NCBI GenBank assembly: GCA_013239625.1
Contig: MU056000.1
Location: 12,289,175 to 12,353,174 of the forward strand
Length of the DNA stretch: 64,000 nt
Direction of reading: 5' to 3'
Source of the DNA: Lama guanicoe
Taxonomy: Eukaryota
Shown here one piece after another: positions 37,097-49,582 of this stretch. The notes beneath the pieces were generated by a model. The model searched no databases. It saw only the letters and a program-made list of their open reading frames with translations, and was not told where the DNA came from. Numbering within the stretch: the stretch's first letter is position 1; every line of letters begins with the position of its first letter. Both the position numbers and the translations under genes were made by a program.

Positions 37097-37745
37097 ATAT
37101 GTAAGAGTATGTACTCCTGGATATTTATTTACTAATTTGGATTATAATCCAATGCTACTTTATTATGTTACTTAAATTGCTTCAGCTTTGTCCTTTGAGA
37201 CTTGCAGTGGCAACTGTCCTTTTGACACACCCCTTCCACGTCCTTTTCACAGCACTTCCTATTTCCTGGCGCTATAAGAATACGCTCCACTTTCATATTG
37301 TGCAGTCCCTACGTCAGTGCTAAAATCAGCCATGTCTGTAAGGGGCATACTTTCTTTTAGTGAAGGATTCTCTTTTTAATCTTGGTTCTGGAAACCAAGA
37401 TCTGAGTGTAAGGCGTGCTTGTTCTACTAGGCTTCCTTTGCTTCTAGGTGGTCCTTTCAGCCAACAGAGCAAGGAAATACCTGTGTATATTTGAACCCTT
37501 GTATATACATACATTTATAAATATTTATATATATATATATATCTGTCTTTATATTAAGCTAAAAATGTGTTCATACTGATGTCTCCAACTAATCCAGTAC
37601 CTCATGGGTTACTCCAGCCTCCTTCCCTTGTTTATCTGTAACCTCCCACTCCAGCAGAGAGGAACCTGGCTCCCACCACCTGCCACCCATTCATTCAATT
37701 GTTCAATTCCAGTTATACATATATAGTAGTTTCAGAATTTTAATC
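36265..37745 (-). mobile_element. L1MD/L1MC-like 3' UTR
   Basis: ttcctgttccaggatcccatccaggacaccaca; gtattttgtagaacgtccctc; gaaaccaagatctgagtg; gaggaacctggctcccacca. Confidence 0.85.
37047..37094. repeat. (TCTA)12 microsatellite preceded by TCTG units
   Basis: Perfect tetranucleotide run. Confidence 0.97.
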
Positions 37746-37749
37746 TGGT

Positions 37750-38560
37750 TTGGAGATATTTCTCAACTTTATCTTTCAACCCATCTCCTGAGTATTTCCC
37801 ACCCCCCCCAATCATCTTTTTTATTTCCAACATCTATTTTTCTTTCTCTAATGACTTCATCTCTTTTAATGGATTAATAGTGTTATCAAGTCCAAGCTTG
37901 TACCGGTTGCTGCAGGACAAGCTGATAAATCGACAGATGAGTTGTTGCGACTTGATTTGGAAAGCCAGCAGACTGAGAAGGTGGTGGACTGGAGTCCTAA
38001 AGAACCACTTTACTTGGGTTAGAATTCAGGTTTCTTTTATGCTAAAAGGGGAGGAGGCATGGCTGGTTGTTGCAAACTTCGTGGTGCCAGAATCCTTTGT
38101 TCTTGCAGCTGTCCATGTAAGTCTGGTCACAATGGTCCTATAAGCCTCCAACAAGACAAATGTTATTCTCTGTTCTGCAGCTGTTTATCTCTACATGAAT
38201 GAGAAGATGTTATACCTTTAAACTTCAAAGTCTTGAGAATGGGCTATCGTGTATATTTCGGGCTGTAGGTTCTTTTACAGGGGTGCAGAGCCAGCAGGAC
38301 TGAGCACAGGCCACGGCGCACAAGGGTTAGAGATCTAATATGGCGTCAGGTTTGTTCTTCTCTGTTATAAGAGCTTCTCTTCTCTTCCTAAGGATATTAA
38401 CTGCAGTTGACAAAATTCATTCTGTTCTCAGGATTGCCTCTGTTTCTTCTTTGTTTTTTTTTTGTTTGTTTGTTTGTTGATATTGGCTTTTGGCTTTTGT
38501 CCTGGAGGCTTTCTTCAAATATCTGATGACTTTTGGTTATTTAAATATGTCCAATTGTGA
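37750..38560 (-). mobile_element. HAL1/old L1-like fragment interrupted by an LTR
   Basis: tctcaactttatctttcaaccc; ctggaggctttcttcaaatatctgatgac. Confidence 0.45.
37881..38369 (-). mobile_element. ERV1-type solo LTR (family B)
   Basis: Reverse complement of 45048-45546 (ccagaatcctttgttcttgcagctgtcca, cttgagaatgggct). Flanks atag/agag. Confidence 0.9.
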
Positions 38561-39129
38561 GGCACAATGATTTAGAAATTATTAAAGCACCTAAATAAAA
38601 CAGGATGTAAATAATTTCCTGTGCTAACCTACTGATCTATTGGTTGTACTTATGAAAAGAAACAATGATATTTTTATTCATGAGATGTTCATCTATTGAT
38701 GACCAAAAGATATTTTCTAAGATGTAAGTTAGAACTAAGGACAGAGGCTTATTTTTAAGATGCAAAATACCCTGGAGATTATAGTGCTTACTACTTTTAC
38801 ACACTAAATAGCTAGCTAGGTGAAGACAGAGGGAGGCACCAAGCAAGCTGATTGGCAGCTGTGTGTCCTGCATAGGACTCATTGACTGTGGTGGGCATCT
38901 TCAAGGTGGAGAAGGTGGAGAATTTTCATTGGCCATCCCCCAGAGGAGAGCCATCACCTTATGATGACAAATGCATTTTACACAATGAGCCAGTAAACAC
39001 ACACAAGTACCAATTTCCCTACCCAAGTTTCATGGAAAAAATTATTTAGATTTACTGAGTGCAAAAATACTCTGAAGTTTTCCATTTTAAAAAGGTCATG
39101 ACTCACTAAATTGAATCCACAGTCCATTA

Positions 39130-39660
39130 ATGATTCAAGACCAAAACTTGAAAAAATTTAGTTCTAAAGGCCTCTGTGAATTGGCCTCTGTCTCTTCATC
39201 TTGTTTTTTTTTTGAACCACTCCCTGTCAAATACCCTTGTCATATCCAAACTACTTAAAATTCCTGAAAGTGCTGTGATTTCCCTTGATTCCATATTTTG
39301 CTCATGCTCTTCCTTTGCCTGATAAGTCCTCCTCATTTCTTTGCTGGCTAACTTTTTCATGTTCCCAAGATTCAGCACAGGCATTATTCATCTTGGAAGT
39401 CTTTCTTGATCTTTTCTTCTTTCCTATATCCCACCTATCCCTGAGTAAAGGGAGTTTTAGCTTATTCATTCGTTTTTCTTTGCTTCCATAGCAATGAATA
39501 CATATGCTATTACCATATCATATAACACACATATACATACTCACACAGGCTAATACATTGATTTTTATATAATGTGTCTCTTCTGAGGCTATATATTCAG
39601 GCCAGGGTCTGAGTTTTATACTTTGTCCTTCTTTATTCTTGGGCTCCTGATCAGACAGGG
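39130..39660 (+). mobile_element. L2 fragment
   Basis: tttgctcatgctcttcctttgcctg...caagattcagcacaggcatt...tggaagtctttcttgat. Confidence 0.55.
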
Positions 39661-40689
39661 ACTCAGATGAGAATTAGAGGCTGGTGTATACCTTCTACCT
39701 CCACGGACAAGACTTCTGATATGCTTTGTTGGGGCATGCAAGGTGGGCAAGCTCCACCTTGACTTAAGAAATTATTCAGCAAGCCCTACTACCCCTACCC
39801 TACACCTGCATAAGCACAGTCCCCTGAGTCTGGACCTTAGATCCATCTGGAGCAATGCTGATTCCACAGCAGTCAGTAGCTGCTTCACATCACACTCTGT
39901 ACAGGAGAAAGTGAGCTGTACGTGTGGACTTCCAGGTCTGTTTCCAGAAACACAGCCTGCAGGCCTGCTGCTCTGAGCCGGATGTCCCCCAGCGTGGGAA
40001 CAGGCCTGGAGAGAGGACTCTGGACTTCATTTGGATAAAGCACAAGAAAGAGACAGAGAAAGGGCATAGAGGCATTTCTCCATGCTGTTCATCCTGGGTG
40101 TTTATCACAACTCTCCTTCCCCTTTAGAGACCTGAGACTCGGGGTACTCAGTATCTCATTCTTCTATCTGTTCCTTAGCATTTAGTGAAATAGCCATTGG
40201 GGTGAGCTGGAAGTTCAGCATTTATGATTGGAAGCAGAGGTATGGATAATAATGATGGGGTCAAAGACTAGAATTCATCATGACAGAACTACTATACTTG
40301 GGTCAAGAGAAGGGGGAAGAAAAGAAGACAAAGAAAACTAGAGTATGGTATCTTGGTGACTGGTGGATTCGAGTGGTTGCCAGTCTCACTCAGTATCTTA
40401 ACTGGAATGGAGATGAAAACTTCTTTAATAAAGAAGAAATTGAGCAATTGTGAGACCTATGTATTAGGAATATCTGTAGCATAAGCATTAATATTGGAAA
40501 AGATGATGGTAGAGGATTGAATGAACAGTGAGATAAGTCATGCTAAAATAATTTGAGGGAACAATAGAATGTTCTGGAAGCTCACAGATGACTAGATAGG
40601 AAGGACAGAGTATGTTAAAGATAAGTACTCCTTTATTATTTATATATATATATATAGCTTATACCATTAGGGACAGTAATGCATTTTGG

Positions 40690-41130
40690 CTGAAAACAGG
40701 AGTCATGTTTTAGAAAGGATAATGATAGCTTCCATAACAAACAAACCCAAAGATATGCAGTAGCAATCATGACGTGTTTATTTCCTGATTGGTGGATGGC
40801 TGTCCTCCAAAGATAATTCAGAGTTCTAGACTCCTTACATCTTGTGACTCTGCTTTATTTATCATGTGGCTTCCAAGGTCTGTCTGTTTAGTTCCATCAG
40901 GCTTGCAGACTGGAAAGGAGCAGGAGGAGACGGTGCACTGCTTCTTACCAACTTGAGCAGGAAGAGACATGTATTATTTCTGCCCACACTCCATTGGTGA
41001 GCACTGGTTGTACAGCTTCACCTAGATTCAAGGGAGGTGGGGAATCTAGGCCCTGGTGGCCAACTACTGCCCAGTGACAAACTTACACAATGAGGGGAAG
41101 CCCCGGTTTGGGCAGATAATTAGCCATCTT
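40690..41130 (-). mobile_element. MLT1J/K-like LTR
   Basis: cataacaaacaaacccaaa; tttctgcccacactccattggtgagcact...cacctagattcaagggaggtggggaa. Confidence 0.7.
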
Positions 41131-41269
41131 TCCAAAGTATGGGTATGTATGTACCCATAATTTGTCAAAAAAAACTTTCAATAATTATTAAATTACATTA
41201 ATACTTAATGAATTATAATTAAGTAAAATTAAGTAAAGTATAATTAAGTAAAATTAAATAAAATAATTA

Positions 41270-41525
41270 AAACTTTCAACAATTGTAGATTGATCAAGCA
41301 ACAAAAATAATTAGTAAAGATATAAAGAATTGAGAACCCAATTAACAAGCTTGATTTAAGGGAGAGGAATAGACCCTATGGGTACAGAAAGAGCTAGAAA
41401 CCACCCATCCCTAATCACTCAGGGAAGAGTTACAAGCAGTGTTCATTTTCTAGGTCCAAAAGCAAATTTTAATACATTTTGCAGCATTGGTGTCATACCA
41501 TCCACATTCTCTGATTTTAAAGGTA
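41270..41525 (+). mobile_element. Old L1 ORF2 endonuclease-region fragment
   Basis: aattagtaaagatataaagaa...aattaacaagcttgatt (ISKDI..INKLDL) and cacattctctgatt (TFSD). Confidence 0.6.
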
Positions 41526-42879
41526 AGCATTACCCCTTGGGCTCTGCTCTGCTCATTCAAACAGGAGGGTTCTCACTCGAAAACAAAGCTCCAGTAATCC
41601 TGTTGCCAACTGCCGGAAACACAGGTTGCCATCTTTGCGAATAAGATGCTTCCAAAAGCAGCATTTTTTCATATCCCAGAGATAATTTGCACATGGCAGT
41701 TATTGACATACTTACATTTTGCTCACAGTTTTTAAACATCACCTGACCCTTCTATTGCTTCATCTTACCCTTTGAACTTGCAGGCCTAAAGCATTTTTTA
41801 CTTAACCCTTGTGATGGTTTTTGATGACTTCGAAATTGAATGTTGCTTATGAGGTCGTTGGATTTGTAAACTTTGTCCTAGTTAGATTTAGGCAGCAAAT
41901 TGTGGGATGTAAGTGGAGCTTTGGGAACATTTAAAATAAATGTCAAGTTTATTACTGTTCCATTAACTCTTACCAGAAATGACAATGTTTATTCCTTTCA
42001 GTATAAGGCCAGAAGTTATTTTCTTTTATATTGAGAAAATAGCATCCCTCATTCCACTGTGAAATATGACAAAGAAGGAAAGGGCTTAGCTAAAAGAAAA
42101 CGTGAGGAGTTACGATTATTTCGTAGCTAGAAATGTCCCCCATGTTATTTATTTTCTAACATAAATTTCTCAGTGTGCACAAACCTCTTAGCAAACCCTG
42201 AGCCCCAATCCCTAATGCATAGATCCTCAAAGGAAAGAGTGAAAAGAAACAGCATCCTGTCATGAGAATCTTGACTTCAAGTGGAGTGAGGAAGGAATAT
42301 GAATGACTACACTTCAGTACGAGGGAGGGAAATCAAGGATAACGTACCCCTCTGTTTTATGTGTGAAGATGATGAGACCTAGGGAGATGAAGGGGCCCCT
42401 GGATACTTCAGTTCAGACACTGGCAACAAAAAGAAAAGGAAGAGAATGGTCTTCACACTAGACTACACCCTTTGGATGTAACAAACACACACCAGAGGGT
42501 GAAGGAAGGCAGCTGGCAACATGACAGGGAAGAGCCTGGAAGAGGATTACATAGATGTGCTCACAGACACAGTTTCCCTGTGTCCTTATTTCAGGAAATA
42601 TGGGTATGCACAATCATTCACTTATGCATTCATATCATTCAACAAATATTATTAAGCTCCTACTATGCGCTCCACCTGTAAATCTCTGTCTTCAGGAAGT
42701 TTATCTTCTAATGGGACCATTCTTCCCCATTTTCAGTGCTTCCCGTGATAAATTTACAGAAACCTGCAACTGAGATGGGGTACTTAATAAGATCCACCCA
42801 AAAAGTACAGATTGGATACTTCTAAAAGTCACCTGTCCCACTACACATCCACCACAGGGACTAAAATTTAAAATATGGG

Positions 42880-43345
42880 CAATACTAGAGGTTGGGGTAA
42901 GAATATGGAGCAACCGGCACTCACATACATTATTGAAGGAATGTAAAATGGTACAAGCACTTTGGGAAAAGATCTGACAGTTTCTTGTACACCAAGCCTA
43001 CATCTACCTTAGAAACAGAAATTCCAAGCCTAGATATTAACCCAGGAGAAATGAAAATATATGTATATAAAAATTTATAGAAGTATATTCACAGAATATC
43101 TATTCATAATAACCGAAAACTTGAGAGAGTCTAGGCGTTCATCCGCAGGAGGATAAACAAGCTGTGATGTATCCTCCGCAGGAGGATAAACAAGCTGTGA
43201 TGAAAATATATATATATAAAAATTTATAGAAGTATATTCACAGAATATCTATTCATAATAACCGAAAACTTGAGAGAGTCTAGGCGTTCATCCGCAGGAG
43301 GATAAACAAGCAGTGGATACTACTCAGCAATGAAAAAAAAACGAC
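42880..43345 (+). mobile_element. Old L1 ORF2-end fragment carrying a recent internal duplication
   Basis: gaatgtaaaatggtacaagcactttggg; cccaggagaaatgaaaatatatg; gatactactcagcaatgaaaa. Confidence 0.8.
43051..43311. repeat. Complex tandem duplication (112 bp x2 plus an extra 28-bp copy)
   Basis: 43051-43162 vs 43200-43311 differ at one base; 43142-43169 equals 43175-43202. Confidence 0.95.
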
Positions 43346-45047
43346 TTCAGTACTAAATATCATCTAAGACGATAATCAGTGAGGAAGATAAATGAAGGAT
43401 AATTACTTTCAGGGGAAACTTTCTAAAAAATAAATATGTCATCAAGAAAAGACACATCAAGAAGGAGAAGACTTCCAGAGTGGTCCTGGGCTGGGGTCCG
43501 CTAGTTAGTTGTTGATCTGAAGCAGGTCTCTTGCTTGGTGTCCTGGTCCCTATTGATCAGCTGGGCTCCAACTTTGGGACCTTGGTATTGAATGCTGGAA
43601 AAATTATAAAACTTCAGTTTGGACAAATGAGGCCAATAGTGCATGCTAGCTGACTCCTGGGAGCATTGCCAAAACGGTAAGAAGACGTGATTCAGATGAT
43701 GGATGGCTCAGGATGAGGGCGAACTCTGGAGAGCTGATGCTGGTTTACTTGTTTCCACTCCAGCCAAGAGAACAGGCTTTGCAAGGATGCTAACTTCACC
43801 CTTTCCCAGACAAGACTATTCTACCTTTAGTTCCATTTTTAAAGGTCCTTCTGATGAACTTTTCTTATGCTTAAAGGCATTGACAGGGCTGTGGTATTTT
43901 TGAACATTTGTGCTACATCAAAAGTATGGTAATTTATCAATTAGGCTGAATGGGAGTAAAAGGAAGAATTTGAAGAGCTTGCAGGGAGCCTGTAGTGTCA
44001 ATTTTGGATCCAATTAGATCTGATCCTTCAAGACTGGGAGCCAAATTGAGTAAATGTAATTGAAGCTTAAAAATATAAAACTATTTTCTTTCTCAACTTC
44101 CAATCACAGCCAATGAAGTCATGTCTTCGTTCACCTTCCTCCTTACCTCCTGCCAAGCCAGCCTGTCTTTCTCAGCCATTTGGTGCTATTACTTCCCCTT
44201 CCTTGGTCTCTGATTCCAAAAGCATCCTTATTTGTCTGGGGTACATGGTAACACCTAAAAGGAATAGAGTGATCAAAAAGTTCCCTCCTCATCCTAACTT
44301 ATGGAGGCTAGGAATTTGAGAAACAAAAGTGAAAAGGAAATGGGCCAAGAGTAGAGCCAGTTGCTGGGGGAATAGTTCTCATAAATATTGGGTTAATGAT
44401 AACTTTAAGGGGTTTATAGGACCTCTCTTCCAGTGTGATTGAGACAGCCACATGAGAGCAAAGGCTGTTCATTTAATTGGAGAAGCAGATTAAGGCAAGG
44501 AATCACTTTAAAAAGTGATGCAATTTCTTTGATTTAAAACATAACCAGCTACAATCTTGCCAGTCTTTTGATGGAGGGCTGAGGAGTTGTTTGTTTTTGA
44601 GTTTGGGTCTACTGATTGAGTACAGTGTCATCTTTCTTGGGTAAATAATATTCCCTGATACACTATCTATGAGTTCTAACTTCAGTTTCCAGATAGTGGA
44701 GGGAGAATTTAAGGACGTCTGTGAGACAATCAAAGCACATAATCCTAGATTTGGAGGGTGCCCTTCCCCTACCCACTGTCAGTCATTTATGCTTATTTTA
44801 CCCATATTTGCTTTGACAACAATTGTTATTTTCTCACTTTTATTTTATCTTTGCACAGTATTCAACTGTGTTTTCATAGAGAAAGTAATCTTTTCACATT
44901 CACATTTTGTTGGTTTTCATAATAGTTATCTGATTCGATTAAAATCTTTGTTAACAAATTCAATTCTGATAAAAAAGACTTGGGAACAAACATAGTTAAT
45001 GTTGATACACACAGCTAGCTGGTTGCATCTGAAAGTTGTGGCTGTAC

Positions 45048-45546
45048 TGTAGTGGGGAAGAACAAATCCGACTCCATATTACCTCTGTTCCTTTGGCTTT
45101 AACCCTGTGCTCTCCAGTGCTTAGTCATGCTGGTTCGGCACCTTATATAAAAGAATATTACCTATAGCCTAAAATATATAGGATAGTCCATTCTCAAGGC
45201 TCTGACCTTTCAGGGTATAACACTTTCCTGTTCGTATAAAGATAAAAATGTTGCAGAATAGAAAGTAACATTTGTCTTGTTGGGGTTTACAGGGACATCA
45301 TGACCTGACCTATGTGAACAGCTGTGAAGACAAAGGATTCTGACACCAAGAAGCTTGCAACGACCAACCACACCCTCTCTCCTTTTAGTATTCTGACTTG
45401 GGAAAGATGGTTCCCTAGGACATTAGTCCCCATCCACTCTGTCTGTTGGCTTTTCAAATAAAGTTGCTATTCCTTGCCCCAACACCTCGTCTCCTGATTT
45501 ACTGGGCTGTTGTGCAGCGAGCAGAATGAGTCTGGACTCAGTAACA
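45048..45546 (+). mobile_element. ERV1-type solo LTR (family B)
   Basis: TG...CA termini, AATAAA near the 3' end, 4-bp flanks gtac/gtgc. Confidence 0.9.
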
Positions 45547-46550
45547 GTGCCCGAGGGGAGCCGGCTAGTCCCGAGCTTTCAGCATTTTGTGGGTCCTAGT
45601 CACTGCTTCACATGTGGGTTTGAGAGTGTTGGTTAACCCAGTGAGCTGATTAAGGGGAGGTCCACCAGGAAAATTCTACTCTACTATATGGGCTTTCAGA
45701 GCTGACTCTGGTTCCAGACTTGAAAAGTGGAGGCACTGGACTATCATTACAACATAGAGATGGCTGGTTTATATGACTTGAGGTACTCTGGTAAAAATGC
45801 CTTAGGCGCCATATTTCTACCTCAATGATATAAATAAACTGCATAAAATTCCACTGTTGAGTTCATGTGATTTCAGACTGAGCATTGCCTTCTACAGGCA
45901 TTATCTTTGAAACTAGTGTATATTTTTAACTGTTAGCACCTAGCTTTTTCATTAATGTCTTCTTTGAATTAGTTTATTGAATCAGTTTCACTGCCAGGAA
46001 GGACCTTGGGAAGAGTAAAAGCATCAGGAAAAAGAAGGAGCACAGAAAAGTATTTTCTAAAGACAATCCTATTCTCTACTCCATGAACCTGCCAAAAGCT
46101 GAACCTGAATGGGACCAGTTTAGTGAAAAATGAGAGCATTTGAGAAGTTTTGAGCATCTACCATTTTCCAGCTCCATGCTAGCTTATGGGAATACAGAGT
46201 GGGTGCTGAATGGTAAACTCTGTGATAAATATTTTTTAGCACACTACTGGCCCAGAGTTTTAGGATAGGCATACATGTAACTATCATAAGTTTTATAGCA
46301 GAGGAATTTACACAGTGTTTGACAGAAGTAAGAATGGAGCAACTAATTTTGGTAGAGAGACTTGTGGAAGGCATCCAGGAGGAGTTTAAACTTGATCTGG
46401 GTCTTGGAGGTGGAGTATGAGTTTGTCAGACCAGGAAGATGGGGAAGGGCACCCCAGGCAGAAAGAGAGACATGGAGCATGGACCAACCTGTGAACTGAC
46501 ATGTCATGTTTGAGCAGTTGTCTGGTTATAGGATGAGCAGGGCATGAAGT

Positions 46551-47177
46551 TGTATTAGGCATGGTTCTCCAGAGAGACAGAACACATAGGATGTATATCT
46601 GTATCTGTATCTATAACTATATATTTATCTATCTACTATCTGTCTACATATATAGAGAGAAAAGATACCAATCTTACAAGGTGTCTTATGTATGTTATAT
46701 CCTAAATACCTTATGTATCTTATAAGAAATCAGCTCATGCAATTATGGAGGCTTACAAGTCCCAATGCCTTCAGTAGGTAAGCAGAAGACTGACCCCAGA
46801 GAGCCAATGATGTAGTCCTAGTTTGAGTCCGAAGACCTGAAAACCAGGAGAGCTGATGTTGTAGGTCCAGTCCAAGTGCTGGCGATCTCAAGAGCCAATG
46901 TTTCAGTTCTAATCCAAAAGCAGGAGAAAACTGATGTCCCAGCTCAAAGACTGTGAGGCAAGAGCAATTCCCTTATTCAGGGAACATTTCATTGTACTCA
47001 GGCCTTCAGTGGATGGGATGAGGCCCACTCACATTAAGGAGGTTTTAGTGAGTTTGCTGACTTAAATGTTAAACTCTTTCCAAAAACACCCTCACAGAAA
47101 TACTCAAAACAACGTTTGACCAACCATATGAGCACCCCATTGCCCAGTCAAATTGACACATAAAATTGGCCGTCACA
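46551..47177 (-). mobile_element. MLT2B-like ERVL solo LTR
   Basis: tgtattag..ggttctccagagagacagaac start; cccagtcaaattgacacataaaattggccgtcaca end. Confidence 0.9.
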
Positions 47178-48464
47178 CAGGTCACATGGTTCAAAGTGGA
47201 ATCTTTGTTTTCTTCTCTTGATAGAACTTAGAACGTGAGACAGCTGTCTCCAACCTGGATGTACTCAGTGCCATTTGGACAGGAAGTCTATAAATGCCTG
47301 TTAGCTGCTGTCAACCAAAACCGTGTAGGTCGATGAGATGCCTCAAGTGGCTACGACTTTCACTGAGAATTCAAAAATGTTTCGTAAAATGTGATCTTTG
47401 GGGGCTTAGTGTCAACCTATACCATCTGGTAATATTTGTAGAACTAAATTTGTAGAACTAAAATTATGCTGGAACAAAGCACTGACAATCTGGGGGGCTA
47501 TTTTCATATCGTAAGTGTTGATTTTTTGAGCTGTTCTTGGAATCCTACACCCATCCCATCCCACAAGTATCTATGCCTTTTTGCTAAATATTGCACAACC
47601 AGCTAAATTAAAATATTTCCTCACTCTGGCCTGTGATCAGCTTGAGCTTTTGGAATTTAATAATGGACAGTGGTTTATTTAGTTGAAAACATAAGGCAGC
47701 TGCAAGTTCATTCTATATCGCAGAATGAATAATAGCCAAATTCCTCATTCAGGCTGTGTCCTTAGAGCTGTAGGCGTTTAGTGATGATTAGGATGATGGG
47801 ATTATAATAATGGCCAACCTGTATCAATTACTGATTGAACCAAGTTGTTTTATGTTCATTATATTTTTGTCCTCATTTTGTGGAAAGGTAAACTGAGACT
47901 TAATGGATTGTAAACCTTGTTTAAGTTACACATCTAGTTTGCTGCTAAGATGCTGGTCTATTTTTAGTTATTTTTATTAATGTTGACAGTGAACCTGAAT
48001 GATTTCTAGCTCCAGCTGGATTTCTTTATAACTACGTTATCCATTGTACCTATATGGACTGAATTAATCAACTACTACTTGGCAAAATTTCAAAATTACT
48101 TCTCTGTGTAGGAAAGAGGAGGGCCGTTTCTTGAGGAGTCTGTGGATCTGTAATAGAGAAGAACAATTCTGACTTCACATTAGATCTGTTCCTTTGGCTT
48201 CAACCCTGTGCTCTGTTTCCTAGTGCTTTGCCTTACTGGCTCTGCCCCTTCTGTAAAAGAATGTTGCCTATAGCCTGAAATATACAGAAGAGCCCATTCT
48301 CAAGGCTCTGACCTTTAAGGGTATTAACACTTTTACATTCATATAAAGATAAGTTGCAGAATAGAAAATAACATTTGTTGGAGTTTAACAGAGACACTGT
48401 GACCTGACCCAGGTGGACAGCTGCAAGAACAAAGGATTCTGACACCAAGAAAGTTGCAACAACC

Positions 48465-49582
48465 TAATGAAACTTACAAGCTTCTGCACAGCAAAGGAAA
48501 CCAGAAGTAAAACAAGAAGAAAACCTACGGAATGGGAGAAAATTTTTGCAGGTGAAACCGACAAAGGCTTGATCTCCAGAATATATAAGCAGCTCATACG
48601 ACTCAATAAGAAAAAAATAAACAACCCAATCCAAAAATGGGCAGAAGACCTAAACAAGCAATTCTCCAAGGAAGACATACAAATGATCAAAAAGCACATG
48701 AAAAAATGCTCAATATCACTAATTATCAGAGAAATGCAAATCAAAACTACAATGAGGTATCACCTCACACCAGTCAGAATGGCCGTCATTCAAAAATCCA
48801 CAAATGACAAATGCTGGAGAGGCTGTGGAGAAAGGGGAACCCTCCTACACTGCTGGTGGGAATGCAGTTTGGTGCAGCCACTATGGAAAACAGTGTGGAG
48901 ATTCCTCAAAAGACTAGGAATAGACTTACCATATGACCCAGGAATCCCACTCCTGGGCTTGTATCCAGAAGGAAATCTACTTCAGGATGACACCTGCACC
49001 CCAATGTTCATAGCAGCACTATTTACAATAGCCAAAACATGGAAACAGCCTAAATGTCCATCAACAGGTGACTGGATAAAGAAGAAGTGGTATATTTATA
49101 CAATGGAATACTACTCAGCCATAAAAACCGACAACATAATGCCATTTGCAGCAACATGGATGCTCCTGGAGAATGTCATTCTAAGTGAAGTAAGCCAGAA
49201 AGAGAAAGAAAAATACCATATGAGATTGCTCATATGTGGAATCTAAAAAACAAAAACAAAAACAAACAAACAAACAAACAAAAACAAAGCGTAAATACAG
49301 GACAGAAATAGACTCACAGACAGAGAATACAGACTTGTGGTTACCAGGGGGGTGGAGGGTAGGAAGGGATAGACTGGGATTTCAAAATTGTAGAATAGAT
49401 AAACAAGATTACATTGTATAGCACAGGGAAATATACACAAAATGTTATGATAACTCACAGAGAAAAAAATGTGACAATGAGTGTGTATATGTCCATGAAT
49501 GACTGAAAAATTGTGCTGAACACTGGAATTTGACACAACATTGTAAAATGATTATAAATCAATAAAAAATGTTAAAAAAAAA
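48465..49582 (+). mobile_element. Young 5'-truncated lineage-specific L1
   Basis: 18-bp TSD aagaaa(g/t)ttgcaacaacc at 48447-48464 and 49583-49600; AATAAA and A-tail. Confidence 0.97.
48467..49246 (+). pseudogene. Uninterrupted C-terminal 259 aa of L1 ORF2p (cysteine-rich domain); lacks EN and RT
   Basis: [69 protein letters not shown]. Confidence 0.95.

Noticed and set aside
43051..43311. CRISPR-like array (21-bp repeat three times)
   Set aside because: Mammalian DNA inside an L1; the intervening sequence is itself duplicated, not unique spacers.
48467..49246. 259-aa ORF as a host gene or active L1
   Set aside because: It is the C-terminus of a 5'-truncated L1 ORF2 with no endonuclease, RT or promoter.
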